From assembly GCA_964016885.1 (NCBI GenBank), contig OZ024741.1, forward strand, positions 143,220,001 to 143,284,000: a DNA stretch of 64,000 nt, in the 5' to 3' direction. Origin of the DNA: Eledone cirrhosa. Taxonomy: Eukaryota. The notes under the pieces were generated by a model. The model was given only the letters and a program-made list of their open reading frames with translations. It did no database searches and was not told the origin of the DNA. Numbering within the stretch: the first letter of the stretch is position 1; the number at the start of each line of letters is the position of its first letter. Shown piece by piece: positions 44,991 through 59,084 of this stretch. Made by a program: the position numbers and the translations under genes.

Positions 44991-47900
44991 CTGTAAAATT
45001 TCAACCAAAACATGGTCGTGATATGTGCAAGATATGTCCTGGCCAATTGGTGAGACTTCTCATAACCATGCCACTCAGTTCCACACTATAAACTTGACTG
45101 GTGGTAGGACAAGCATCCAGCAGCCCAGTCTAAACACAGCCCTGCTATGAGCAAGGCATGGCATAGCCAACTAGCTAGACCTCCTTCATAATGGGATCAC
45201 CCAGCTCCCAAAATATGATTCCACTGTGAGCAGGGTATGGCATGGATAACTGGTCAGACTTTCCTCATAACGGTGCCACCCAGTTCCACACTATAAATGG
45301 GGTTGATGTTAGGAAGGGCATTCACCTGTAAAAATCTCAGCCAAAATACATTTTCTGTTTGAGCAAGGTAGAGTGTGGCTACTGGCCAGACTTGTATCAT
45401 AACGTGGACAACCCGTCTAACCCATGCAACCATGGAAAAATGGATGTTAAATGATGATGATGATTATATATATATAAAGAATGATAGCAATATTTTAAAC
45501 AAATATTCTTATAATTTATTTCTGTTTTCGTTTTTGGTGGAGAATGACTTTTTTTAAAAGTCATTTGTACCATTTTTTATATGTGTTATTCTTTATATAA
45601 AGAGTTGTTGTTTTTTTTAATTCTTTTAAATTTGTTTATTTCTTCTATTGCTCTATAAAAACCGTTTATGCAACATTATTTACATAATATTGCATACTGC
45701 AAATATATGAACAGTCTATTCATTACCTAGAATTTCTGGGTTCAAATTGCTCTGAATGTACCCTTTTCTGCTACCGAAATAATTTTGCTCTGTATGTGAT
45801 TATAGTAAATTTAAATATCTATTATTACAATCTTCTCAACAAAAAAAAAAACATTTGGATTTATAACCCATAAAATATTTTAAATTTCATTTTGTAATAT
45901 ATATATATATATATGTATAGTAATGTATATATGTTAGAAATTAACTCTTGTGTTTCTATATTTCTAATGAAATACCATACCTATGTCTAAAAAGACTCAT
46001 TAGGCCAGTGCTTAACCCAGTTTCCTTGGCATTAAGCAATTGAGAGTACAAGACTTGGCTCTGGACAGGAAGCCTGTCCATCTTAGGGTTAAACCTCCAG
46101 CTACTGCTGGTACTAAGTATACTGGAGCAATTTGTAATAAAATGTTTTGCTCAAGAACGCAACACACAACCTGGTCCATTATGATTGTAAATTCAATACT
46201 CTAATCACTAGACCATACACTTTCACCTGCCTATGTATTTCAGTAAATTTTGAAAATAATCATAAATTTTGAGGAACTGAATACAATTCCTAAATTTTTC
46301 ATTAGTAAGTTAATTTTAGGAACATTACTTTAAAATTACTTAAATAAAAACTATGGTAGGATGTTTTAAAATAAGGATAAACACATTAAAATGGATATGT
46401 ATAATTAAATCAGTGTGGTTTCAGGAAGGTTGGTATCAAAAAAGGTTAAAGTGGCAAATTGGCACTCATTAGAGCATAAGACAAAGCCTTGTGGCATTTT
46501 GTTCTAGTCCATTGCACTCTGCATTCAAATCCCACTGAGGTCAGCTTTGACTTTCATCCTATCAGGGTTGATAAAATAATAAAAAATACTAGTTCAAAGT
46601 GGTGGATTGGCAGAAATAGAACATTGGATAAGATGTCATTTGGTACACTGTATATGTATATATATAAATATATATATACATATAAAATAAGCATTAAATA
46701 TACTTTCGCCTCTACTGAATTAGCTAGTTGGCATGTTATATAGTTTGTATTTTTATATAATTATATATTATTCATATATATTATATATATATTTTTTAAT
46801 GAGTTTATACAGATTTGTTTTCTTGGACTATATTCCTCATCTTAATGCTTTACAATTTTGCAAATAATTTTTAAAGAACTTTCTGTGTATGAAAATTTTA
46901 TTTAAAAAAAAAGGTAAAACCCTTGACATCAAATGTTGAATGGACCAATGAACTTGCTGTGTTAGACCAATTGTTATTTTATTTAAATGCTTTTTATCAT
47001 TATTTAATTTTTTTCTTATTTTCCTAGCTCTTTGTGATATAATACTCAACCTCTTAATATATTCTATTCCCTTCCCCACCCTCACACACTCTCTCCTTTA
47101 CCTCTCTCTCTTCACTTCTTGTTGTCATCCCAATTGCACATTGCTCACCTCCACTCCAGGAAATAGTAGTGGAGAGTGCAGTCATTGGTTTTCCAGGCTT
47201 CAACCAATCTGGCATGTTATTTTTTTTACTGTGTTCATCAAGGATTTCTGTGGGCCTTATAAATGCTTGTCAGTGTCTAAATATTCAGTTCCTCACTAAG
47301 TTTAGCCTGCCAGCAGATGTAGTTACCGGGGTGTGGCTTTAAAAGGTCTTGGAGCCAAAAATGAGTGTCAAGGGAGAACCAGTGTACCCATCCACCCCTA
47401 AGGATGCTGCTGCCATTAAGGTATTCTCCCTACCACAATACCCCACAGCTTTGTCGCATAGCAAGTCAACAAATATGCTGGCAGACAGGAACCACTCCTT
47501 GCAATGGTGAAAAGATGGTAACTCACCTGTTACAGTCACATATCCTTCCACGACTCCCTGTTGAAAGCTATCCTAGTCTGATATGAAGGACTAGAAAGGT
47601 CACAACACTGCAAACCTTCTATGCATGACGAAAGATAGAAACTAGAGGTGACAGCTGACAGCGAAAATGTCTAGAGTGGCACCAGATGTGGGAACTTGAT
47701 GATGAAATACAATTTTAAATAAACAGCCTTTTATAATAGAACCAGGAGCAGTTTCTGGCTGTTTGATACCAAAAGTGTTAAAGCTGAGGATGAGGAGTGG
47801 CAAGTTTAAGTCAGGCAGCTTCTTTGAATCTCTTTTTTTCTCCCTTGTGTTTTAGCTCCCTTCCCTTGCTTGGAATCCTGTTAGCAATATTATTATATTA

Positions 47901-48269
47901 TTATCAGTGTTGGACAATATTCATTGCAAGTTTTGTTCCAGCTCCTTATATTCTGAGTTCAAATCTTACCTAGGTCAACTTTATCTTTCATCGTCCTTTC
48001 AGGGTTGATAAAAATAAAGTAGTAAACTAACTGGGTCGATTATAATCAACTGTTCCTCCCCACAAAATTTCTGGCCTTGTGTTCATGTTAGAAATCCTCC
48101 CCCCTCTCTTCCTTCACCTACTCCTCCTCACCATCATCATCATCATTCATGCTTTGTACAGTAAATATAACTACTGCCTGTTGAGTTTCAGCAAGGACCT
48201 TAGACAGACAGTACTCTCCTTTGTACATGTTCAGTGCCCAACAAGGCAATCTTTTGTACTCCTTTATTA

Positions 48270-48490
48270 TTAGTAGAATCCATAGAGCATCAGACAAGAT
48301 ACTTTGTGGCATATAGTTACGTCCCTTTATGTTCTGAGTTCAAATCTTGCCATGTTTAAGCTTTGACTTTTATCCTTACGAGGTCGATAAAATAAAGTAC
48401 CAGTAATGCACTAGGGTTTTATTTAATTGACTTTCCCCTCCTTCAAAATTGTTGGCCTTCTGCCTAAATCAGAAACAATTATAATTATTA
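48270..48490 (+). mobile_element. tRNA-derived SINE
   Basis: Head, core and ATT tail. Another copy at about 47905-48095. Confidence 0.8.
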
Positions 48491-49185
48491 TGAATTTGAT
48501 ATTTCAGTCATTTTATGTTATTTAACTGGAAAATTTGCTCTAATGAACATCTAAGCTGCTACCTGCAGCCTCAGATATTCAGGATGTATCAAAGGGTCTT
48601 TGCTGTTACCAGTAGGCATGCCTTTTGAAGTGTTTAAAAAAATTGGAGCTGGGCTAATGTTCTTTAACCAGTGCTCCTATGATGATGAGGAAAACCTTGA
48701 TCTCATGACAGTCCCAAATCCTTTTCAGTTTTCACTTTAAATCCTGGTATCAGTTAATTTTCTCCTTTTCTTGCACTTGTGTGTCAAAGGGGCAAGCTAC
48801 TTCTATAATTAAGCCAGATCTCTTTTCCTTGTCAAAAACCACCAGGCCAGGCCTATTGTATTCTAATTCTTTGTCCGTTTGTATCCTGAAATACCAGAGC
48901 ACCTCCACCCGATCATTTTCTATCACCGATTCTGGCTTATACTCATACCATTTCTCAGAATGAGGTAAATTGTTCAGTTTGCATAAATGCAAGTGGATCA
49001 CTTTTCCTATGACATCATGCCTCCATCCTTTATAGTGAATCTGGGCTAGGTGTTTACATTTGGATATGAAGTGAGCCACAGTTTCCTCTCTCTCTCCACT
49101 GATCCTAGAGTGGGCTAACCTCCTTGTCAATATGATGTTTCATCCACTTCGTTCAAAGGGCTTGCTTATTTCAGCAGCATCCCAG
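48490..49185 (-). mobile_element. R4/Dong-like C-terminal fragment
   Basis: ETVAHFISKC...RHDVIG...WYEYKPESVIEND...NRPGLVVFD...IIEVACPFD (zinc knuckle remnant plus REL endonuclease). Confidence 0.82.
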
Positions 49186-49486
49186 GCATAATGAGATATT
49201 TCAACACCCTCGCTGACACTGGGTTACCATACTATTTCATTGGTCCATCAGAAACGCTTGGTGGTCAATATAGCATGGGTGGTAGGACTGGGGGGGGGGG
49301 GGTGAAGAGAGAGGTGTTGATTAAAGAAGTGCTGTGGCTAAAGTAAAAAAAAAAACAGAGATAGATGGTAGTAGCAGAGGGGGAGAGCCTAACAGCCCAG
49401 TGAGAGATGAACAGGAGGAGCAGACCATTATATGGTGAGAAAACAAACAAATAAATAAAATGAAATAAAAAATTACATTATTATTA

Positions 49487-50010
49487 CTATCAGAAAAACC
49501 AGCCTTCAGGTGGTTTTCAGCTAGTATGTGTAGTGTGCATATTGATATACGCAAATATACACATGCATGTAGATATGATACATCAAATAAAATTGTAATT
49601 GACAATATGCACAGTAAAGTAATCCATGATACATTTAAAAAAGACGATATTATATATAAACTGCATTACGGTGAAATATAATGAAAAGGAGAAAAATAGC
49701 AACGGAAATATATACATTATGATATAACAATGCAAATATATGAACGTTTATATAAGCGATGTGATATAGCGTCCGTGATATCATAACCAGAAGTATTGAC
49801 ATTTGAAAATTTTAAAAGAAGTGAATCTTAAAATTAGTAATCATTATATATAAGAATATTTATGTTTAATCAACAGCTACAAAATTCAGTACATAAATTA
49901 TGTAATATTCATTCATTATTTATTCAAAGTAATCCATCTTATTTTACTAACGGGATAAAAAAAATATATTCAGGACACAGTCTCGTACACCTCCCTTTAT
50001 TATATTATGA
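49487..50010 (-). mobile_element. Non-autonomous Helitron, sister of 27421-28226
   Basis: Reverse-complement terminal hairpin at 49487-49524, shared internal blocks, and a GA|T end corresponding to A|TC. Confidence 0.8.
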
Positions 50011-50212
50011 TTGGTCAGGGCGACTGGCTTTTGTAACCCTCGGAAATATCCCCCCTATTGGGGAATTTTCGTTTCTTACTATTTTTTTGTTACATCTTTT
50101 GTTTTTGTTTTATGTTCATTTTTACACACAGAAATCCTCATTGTGCTGTCCTTAATGTATTTTTTGTAAACTCTTTGTGCCCAATAAAGGAAACATTATC
50201 ATTAATATTATT

Positions 50213-50319
50213 CTGAGTTCAAATCCCGCCGAGGTTAACTTTGCCTTTCATCCTTACGGGGTCGATAAAATAAAGTAATGTACTGGGTAATTTCTGGCCT
50301 TGTGCCAATAGTAGAAACA
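50213..50319 (+). mobile_element. 5'-truncated young SINE with 18-bp TSD
   Basis: ATTATCATTAATATTATT at 50195-50212 and 50320-50337. Confidence 0.85.
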
Positions 50320-50864
50320 ATTATCATTAATATTATTTCTATCTCAGTGCTAAGTTAGAAGGTATCTTAGTTATATATTGTATATTTTTAGTAAAAATTG
50401 TTGTATGTTACATGTATTATGATATGAATGTTTTTTACTTTCTTATTATTAACAATAAAATGAAAAATCTAATTAGTTTTGTAATAAGTAATGAAATATA
50501 AACAAAATGTAATTTTAAAAGATGAAGATAAAATAAAATAAAAATGTAATTATTGCAAAAGTAAAAAGAATTAATTTAAAAAATCAAATAAAATAAGAAT
50601 GGAAATGAAAAAATATATATCTTATTAGTGTTGAAATAAAATATTAACCTGTAAAAAAAAACAAGAATATTGTATCTTATTGAATATTTGTATGTTATTT
50701 TGAAGTTGTACTTGGTTAGCAAATGACTTGATTTCAGATTGTGTTGTGAATCATCTGATGCAACTACATCATGAAAGAATTATTTTAACAATTTTAAGAA
50801 CACACAAAAATGAATTGTTATATTAACAATTAATAGACCAAAATGATGGTAATAACATTGAACT

Positions 50865-51905
50865 ATCATCATTATTGTCATTTTAACATCTGCTTTCCCT
50901 GCTATCAAGAGTTGGATGGGTTTACATAGGCCAAGTCAGTACTACTGATCTCTCAGTCAAGCCTTGAATCTGTCATCTCGCTAATGTACAGTTTCACGTT
51001 CTACCAAGTGCACAGGGGAGATTGTCATGTCTTTGGTACAAGTGAGGGTTCTCCCAACCCTTTATTTCACAAGCTTTCTATGGCTGGATGACCTTCCTAT
51101 CACCAACCACTTTACAGCATGTACTGAGTGTTTTTATCGTGTAGATCGTCAACAACTAGGGGGGGGGGTATGCCTTTACATTCCCCTGATTGGTAGATAA
51201 TCAGGTGGTTGGCTGGTTTCTTAAAGTTTGTGTTACATATCATTAAGTCAGGAGCATCATAGAACTCCAGAAGCCTAGTCCCCTCCTCATTTCTTGTGCC
51301 ATACCTGTAGCCTCCATGTATATGTATGCCAAGGAATCTGACATGATGTTCCCCAACATGTCCATTGAAGTCACCAGCTTTGATCATAAGATCACTGTCA
51401 TCTGTCATTGAGAGAGTCTGCAGGAGGGCCTTGTAGAAATGGTCTTTTTATTCATCAGTGAGACTTGCTTGTGGGGCTAACGTTGATAGTATAGTGGCTG
51501 TAGTATTGCCCAAGACTAGTCTAAATTTAATTATTTTATCATTTGCTCTGACTACTCCAATTACTTGATCTACCCATGAGGAACATTCCTATCCTACCCA
51601 TCCAGAAGAATTTGTACCGGTGTGCTTTGCCTGTGATGAACCTGGCCAAGCCGCCCCGCCACTTCAGTTCTTGTACACAGCACACATCTACTTTTCTCCT
51701 CTCTAACATCTCCACAATCTCACTGCACTTACCTGTCATTGTTCTGACATTTAATGTGGCGAGTTTGAGGTACCGCAGTTGTTGAGGAGGGGGCTGCATG
51801 GTTGTCTTTCTCTTTTCCTGGGTTTTGGGGGTAGGAGGGCTGCCCAACTGGTTAGAGATACTCAGGGGATTTACATGAATGTCAGGTTCTTTTGTATTTA
51901 TCATA
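50865..51905 (-). mobile_element. Decayed RTE EN fragment and tail
   Basis: LKLATLNVRTM...CVQELKWRGG, AGDFNGHVG, ICNTNFKK. Confidence 0.85.
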
Positions 51906-52719
51906 GATGTTTGTAGTCACCCTTCGTATCAGCATCAGCAGTAACCAACAATCCTTCACTAAGTCTATTGTGCCCCACTAATGTTTCTGCTGCAATATAT
52001 ATACTATAGTGGCAAAATGTAAGTGGTGGTGGGGAGCTTTTATTTATGAGGATGGGGAGGGTGGGCGATAGCCCTCACCTGCCAAGTCGACATCGCAATG
52101 TGTATTGGTGCAGGAGGGTGGGTATAAAATGGTGTCCAGCACGCGCTATACAGTAAAAATGAGTTTTAAATACAATGCTAAAAATTTTTAGTTTTACATT
52201 TGGAAGTTTTGTTGGTTACCTATTTTTATCTGCTGTACGAAGGAATTAAAATATCTCATCTTTGCTCATACATTCCTAATAGGACATGGATGTGTGAGAG
52301 TAGGGCGAAGAATGAACAAGAAAGGCTATGTGCGGGATCTACATTTATAGCAAATTTCATAAGGGTGTATAGAAAAATTCTTTGGAACCTTTTGCATCAG
52401 AAAATGAAGGAGTGTGTTAAGTTTATGCCAAGTTTATGTACAATAGACAATAATTCTACATATTTTCTAAGTGTTTGTTTTGTTACAGAATAATATTTAA
52501 TTTTTGAAGTCCAGGGTTTGTGTGCCATATATACCAAAATTATTGGATATATAAATAATCATACAAACTGGGAAATTTGCGTTTTAATAAATTATTGGTT
52601 TGTATAAAAAAAAATTTATAAAAGTGATTAAAAATAAAAATAATAATTTAATTTTTTATTTCTGAAATATAATTACATAAATGTTCAGCATGTATTTATG
52701 TGCAAATAACATACAGGAT

Positions 52720-52950
52720 TAAATGTATGAGTAACTTTGGAAAAATATGACAATTAATGTTGCTTTTGAATTTTTGCAATTGTAGTGGTCAGGGAAGCAA
52801 AAAGCTGGAAGAGAATTACATCGGTGAGATGTGTGAGGGAAGAAACTATGAGAGTAGAATTTACAATTGCATTTAGGAACTTTTACTGTAAATGAATGAG
52901 ATCTAGCTGCCAATCTGGTACTCAGTTTAAACTCATGAAGATGAGGCAAC
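52720..52950 (-). mobile_element. CR1/Jockey-group LINE 3' fragment
   Basis: TRLAARSHSFTV...YSHSFFP..S...NSLP C-terminal pattern. Confidence 0.55.
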
Positions 52951-54329
52951 AAAGAGGTTTGATGTCAAGGTCATGTTTAAACCTTCATCAAGCATATTTG
53001 TACATTTAGAGGTTTTTTTCTTGCTGACCTCACAAACACTAGGATTGAGATGGATAGCAGTATCAAGTTGGACAAAATCCCAGCAAGCTTAATCAGAAGA
53101 TTCATATCTTTTTTGCTTTAAATGTTTCATCTCTGAAAATGAGATTAACACTCTGAAATATTCTAATGTCATTTGCTATCAATGAATACCTGATGACATC
53201 ATCATCAAGATGACATCATCAAAAAAAGGGAAGTTTTGGCTGTGAATCAACAAAACAGCCTGGTCATCAGAAACTGATGACATCTTTGTGATGTCATACA
53301 GTTTTGTCTGTCCAACAACCCAACCATTAACGAAAGACACAGTCTATGTCTTTAACCCTTTCATTACCATATAACCATGATTTCGCTGGCAGAACTAACT
53401 TGAATAAATGTTTACTCAAGTTTCAAACAAAAATTTCAATATTAATTAATTTCAAAGAGAAGTTTCAATATTAATTCATTTGACATTAATTAAGTTTCGA
53501 TATTCCTTCTTGATGTCAGTAAGTGCCAATATATTTTTGAATCATACTTTTTATGACATGAATACAAAATATTTTTATCAATTTCGTAGAATACTTTTTT
53601 TTAAATCTTATTTTTCACATACTAGCCTTTCTTTTTCCAAACCATATGGACCTATCATCTTTTTCTCATGTATATTGTAAAGCTTTAACTGTGTGTCTTG
53701 TTATTTGTATGCATGTGATAGTCCCAGAAGATTTCAAAAGTAATTCATCTCTCAATGAATTATCATTAGATTTCAAGAAGGATTTTTAAAATATCTTAAT
53801 ATCCTGAAGTGATTTTTACCAGATTTGTTTTTTTGTTATTTTAAGACATTTAGATAACTGTCATCTAAGGCTACCTAAAATCAAGAAAAAAACCTCTCTG
53901 CATTCCTTTGAATATTTCCACAATGCTCTTGTGAAGCAAAGATGTTAGCAATTTGTTTATCAGCCTCAGGAAATTATATATTTAATTTTATTATTACATA
54001 TTCTTATAAAACTTATATTATAATTATCATTATTATTACTTATTTATATAAAACTTAAGTCTCAGTAATGCAGCTCTTTGAGGTCTGTGCCTTAAGTGGC
54101 TGCCTAGTTGGCATTAATGTTAGCGCCTGCCCTGATCACAGCTGAAATGCCTTCAGCCATAGGTCTGTTCAGTCAGGGTTTATCTGGGGATCAACAAAAG
54201 CAAAAATAACAATATACACACACACACAACCTTTTTACTTTATGGTTCTATGTTACAGGGAGAAATTCTAAACATACTTTGGAATTTACAAACAAAGAGA
54301 AAAATGTATTCAATACATAAAATATAAAT

Positions 54330-55155
54330 TATTATCATCACCATTTACATGTTTTGTCTGATAACAAGGGTTGGATGGGCTGTCAAAAGTCAAGATTCAC
54401 AAAAACTCAGTATGGTCTAGAAAACTATAATAAATAGGAGTGGTCTGGGGACACAACTCTAATGAACACCTACTTCACACTGAATTCTTCACTAAACTTA
54501 TTACCTGCTCTTACTTTACTGACAGCACCTCTGTATATGGTTTACTCTGCTCTCACAAGACACTCATCTACACCAAATTTCCTTAAGGACCATCAAATAA
54601 CAGATCATGGAATTCTATGAAAGGCCTTTTCCAGATCAACAAAAGCCAGGTATAGTGGCTTCCACTTAACTAGGAACTTCTTTTGTAGTTATCTCACAAA
54701 GAAGAGGGCTACTGTGGTGCTCTTTCCAGATACAAAATCAAACTGCATCTCATCAAATCTGACTCTCTAAGTAGTTGTCCTATCACTCTGCTACTTTCAT
54801 GACTTGATCCATCAATTTTATACCATTGTAGCTGCTTCTTTCCAAAATATTACCCTTTCCCTTGTAACAATTAATGATTATATGGCTGCACCAGTCATTG
54901 AGTATGACACAATCATATATTATTACCTGATTGGCTATGCTGGTGACTAGCTCAATTCCTACATTATCAGAGGATTTTAGCATCCTAATGATTATCTCCA
55001 ACAGTCCAGCTTTTTTTTATTTTTCATCTCACTGACTGCATCTTTTCATCCACTCCTGTTTATTATAGTTCTCAATGCCATAACAGAGGAGTTTTAGACT
55101 AGCTATCGATGGAACCATCTGTATGCTGACAACTTGGTTCTTATAGCTGTAGAAA
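54330..55155. mobile_element. Rearranged RTE RT fragment (minus 54330-55030, plus 55048-55155)
   Basis: Minus: INCYKGKG...IKLMDQVMKV to PLLFIIV. Plus: PLLFIIVLNAITEEF...LYADNLVLIA. Confidence 0.75.
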
Positions 55156-58010
55156 GAAGAAATTCTGGCTTTTGATTAGTATCGACCCTGATATCATTAC
55201 AGTCATGGAAACATGGGCACATTCCTTACTCTGTGAAGGGATTTTCAGCATAGCTGGCTACAAATTGTTTTGCAAAGACCGCATTAATTGTCATGGTGTA
55301 ATGGTCTACATTCATTCAAACTTTTCAGCAATTCCTTGAATTGATTTGAACCAATCACAACAAGAAGTATTTTTTTGCGATATTTGTATGACCATGTCAA
55401 CACTACTACTTGGAGTTGTTTACCGCCGCCCAAATTACCATCAGAACACTCAGCTTTGTGATATCCTCAGAACTGCTGCTGTTAGGAAAACAGACAATTA
55501 TGTTTTTATTGCAGAGGACTTCAATCACCTTGAGATTAATTGGGAAACCTTTCGTTGGCCGCAAAGTGCAAATGATTTCCTTGAGTTAGTGCTGGACTTG
55601 AACTGGTCCCACGTAGTCACCTCTCCAATAAGAGGTGACAACACTTTGGATCTACTCTTCACCCTACTCCTGAAATGGTTATTAGTGTTACTACTGAGGA
55701 ACCTTTAGTTGGCTCTGATCATGCTATGACCATTGTCAATCTGTCCCTCACGGGCAGTAACAAAAACCACAACCACCTCCAAACTGCTCACTTTGATTGG
55801 AATAAAGCAGACTGGAACTATTGCTGTACTGAGCTGCAACGCCCAAACTGGCTTGAATTTTATGACTCTGGAGATGTCAACACTATATTTCAGAACATCC
55901 TGGACAGCATGTGCAGCATCAGTGCCACGTAAGCAGAAAAAACACCCCAAAAGTGCAATTTGGGAGACTGCAGCAGTCCGTCTTGCCAGGAAAGAACGTC
56001 ATAATGCTGAATGTGAATACAAACTGCATAATATCTGCAGATATCAATAGGATATCAAACTTCAGATATCAATAGGAAAAAGCGAAATAAATCATGCAAC
56101 CATCTTAAGCAGGTAACAAAAAGGCAGTGCTTGAATTTGAACAGCCATAGCAACCAACCCTGACAGTACGGTGTTCTGTAAATATATACATTCAAAGCAG
56201 AGGCCTCACTCTCCAGTTGGTCCTCTTTGCAATCCCCACAGAAGCCAGATTACTGATGACCCCCAAAGAATGCGCAGAACTCATTATTGAATACTATGCA
56301 GGCATTTTCACTGTTGAAGACCAAAATGTACCATCTCCATCACCTCTGACATCAAATTCTATAACAATTATGGAATTTACACCTGCAATGATGTGATATC
56401 ACCTTAAGAATAAATGCAACCATGTCTCTCCTGGTCTTGGTGTTACATACTGCTTCTCAAACGTGGTGGGTACTTCCTTCTGCACCAGCTAACACTCTTC
56501 TTTCAGTTCTGTCTTAACAACAGTGCTACTCCGGAGCAGTGGAAAATAGCCAGTGTTATTCCTCTGTTCAAAAAGGGTGACTGCATATCGCCTGTCAACT
56601 ATCATCCAGTCAGTCTTACTAGCTGCATTGCCAAACTGATGGAATCCTATGTCAGAGAAACACTTTATAACTTCTGGAATTCTCACAGTCTTATCCGGCC
56701 CTCGCAATTTGGATTTATCCCTAACTCCAGCTGCTGTGATCAACTTATCGACTTTTTTTTGAAAACATCACCCGGATCACTGATGGTGGCTCATGGGTGG
56801 ATGTTGTTTACCTTGACTTTGCTAAAGCTTTTAATTCTATGCCACACAAAAGACTTATGGCAAAACTCTCTGCAATGGGTGTGAAGGATGATCTTTTTAA
56901 CTGGTTGAAGTACTTCAATCTCAGTCGAAGAGAGGTAGGACAGCATTCCTCACTGTATGAAATGTCCTCTGGTGAACCACAGGGATCTGTTCTTGGTCCC
57001 CTTTTGTTTGTTGCATATATTAATGCTATAGATGCCAACTTCCTGAAATATGCAGATGACATCAAGCTGTACCTTGAGATAAAAAGGACAGATCCTGAAC
57101 ACTATAGATCTTTTCTGTAATCAGATCTGGACAAAATGCAGCAATGGATCATGGACTGGCAACTCAAGCTGGTTGTAGACAAGTGTACCACCATGCATTT
57201 TGGGAGGAAAAACCCAGCATCCACATACTCCCTCCACAACACTAATATCAAGAAGTCTTCTAGTGAACGTGATCTGGGCATTACTGTCAGCAGCGATTTG
57301 CGTTGGACGAAGCACGTCTCTAAAATTGTCAAGAAGGCCGAGAATATCTTAGCATCACTAGGCAAGACCTTTGTCAGCTGCTCTCTATTTAAAGTTGTAT
57401 ATAGCTATGGTGCAGCCACACTTAGAATTTGCATCACCAGTCTGGAACCCTTATCTTTCTCAGAATATTGACCTCCTGGAAACTGTTCAGGGACGTGCAA
57501 CTAAGCGAATACCCTCCATCAGGCATCTACCATACTCTGAACGCCTTGCTTCCATGGGCATGGATATATTGAAACTCCGACGTCTGGCAACTGACTTGGT
57601 AAACACCCACAAAATTATTAACCATCTTGCCAACAAAAACCCTGAGCACCTTTTTGATTTCCATGTGTCTAACACATGTGGGCATGCCTACAAAGTCAGA
57701 AAACAGCATAGTTCCCATGACTTCCGGAAACATTTTTTTCATGCTCAGAGTTGCTGAAGCATGGAACAAACTACCTGCATCAGTTGTTAGCTGCTGAGAC
57801 ACTGCATCTTTTAAAACCTTCATGCTTCCTGAAATTCGCCAACACTGTACCTGATATCCCCTCTCTGTACACATACACACATGTATATCATGACTCATAC
57901 ACTGTTCATTTTCCTGACATTTGTACATTATTCTATGTATTATACATGCACCTTTGATGGGTTGTAGTGCACCTGAGCACTGTACACAATAATTTCATTA
58001 TTATTATTAA
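55155..58010 (+). mobile_element. Decayed CR1-clade LINE (EN plus RT)
   Basis: GVVYRRP, EDFN, TLDLLF, GSDH, WKIASVIPLFKKG, YLDFAKAF, PQGSVLGP, YADD, ERDLGI, QPHLEFASPVWNP, and an (ATT)n tail. Many frameshifts. Confidence 0.9.
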
Positions 58011-58393
58011 AGTTTATATATATGTATGTATTTGTGTGTGTGTGTAAAAAGTAAATTGATGAACAACACAGAGAAACGATACAATACAATAAAGATATAT
58101 TAGTTCAATGCTTTACACTCTACTTTCCTAAGTATCGAGTACTAAGCTGAACAATGGTTTAAACTGGTAACTCCCAATGTTTCTATCTATCAGGAATGTA
58201 AGCAAGAGGCAGGCTCTCAGCCCACTATGGGGTCAGTACCCTCACTTTCAGTGACAACCCAGTCAGCTGACAACCTGTCCAACCATTAATAGCAGGGAAA
58301 GTGAATGTTAAATGAAAATGCTGCTGCTGATGATGATGATATATGTGTGTATATGTAAAAGTAAATGTTTTGCTTTATTGTTCAATATTGCAG

Positions 58394-58616
58394 GGAGAAA
58401 TTGTAAGTATCCATATTGGACAAGCCGGTGTTCAGTTGGCAGAATCATGCTGGGAATTATACTGTCTGGAACATGGAATAGGTGCTGATGGCAGAATGGA
58501 ACCATGTTACTGTCATGACACCCCATCCAGTCATTATAATGCAATATTTGCTGAAACTGAGAACTCACTAATTGTTCCCCGTGCCATGTTTATTGATCTT
58601 GAACCAACTGTAATTG
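58394..58616 (+). CDS. Divergent alpha-tubulin, exon encoding residues 2-75
   Basis: ttgcag|GGA GAA ATT = GEIVSIHIGQAGVQLAESCWELYCLEHGI...VPRAMFIDLEPTVI, colinear without gaps with alpha-tubulin 2-75. Donor GTATGT. 223 nt, phase 0 to 1. Confidence 0.93.
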
Positions 58617-59084
58617 GTATGTAATGAAGTGTTGTTTAAAAATTTCATTCAGATTAATTAGTGACTTACATACTTTACAGAGTGTATTTTATCTTGACAC
58701 CAGCACTAAGGAGGTTTTCTTTCATGACTTTGGCACAAATGAAGGGTCCTCTCAACCCTTTGTTTGGCAAGTTTTCTATTCCTCTATCACAAAACACTTT
58801 ACAAAGTGTGCCACATGCATTTTATCATGGCATCAGCACTGGGAAGGTTATTTGTCTTGTTTCAGTACACCCGAAGATGGATGACCTTCATATCACCAAC
58901 CACTCTACAGGGTGTACTGGGTGTATTTATCATGTAAATCCCCAGCACTAGAGAAATTGTTATGCTCTTGACATAATTGAAGAGTCTCCTGAAGCCCTCA
59001 TCACCTTTTTAGGTAACATTTACAGGGGAATGTGAAGGTAGAAAGGAAAGTACTGCCCTTCAGTAAATCTTATGAAAGGTCGAA

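Noticed and set aside
53185-53300. Cluster of TGACATCA (CRE-like) motifs upstream of the tubulin
   Set aside because: None is a perfect TGACGTCA, the TSS is unknown, and the region looks repeat-derived.
58394-58408. Possible N-myristoylation motif MGEIVS on the tubulin
   Set aside because: Glu directly after Gly is disfavoured, and the first exon is unknown.
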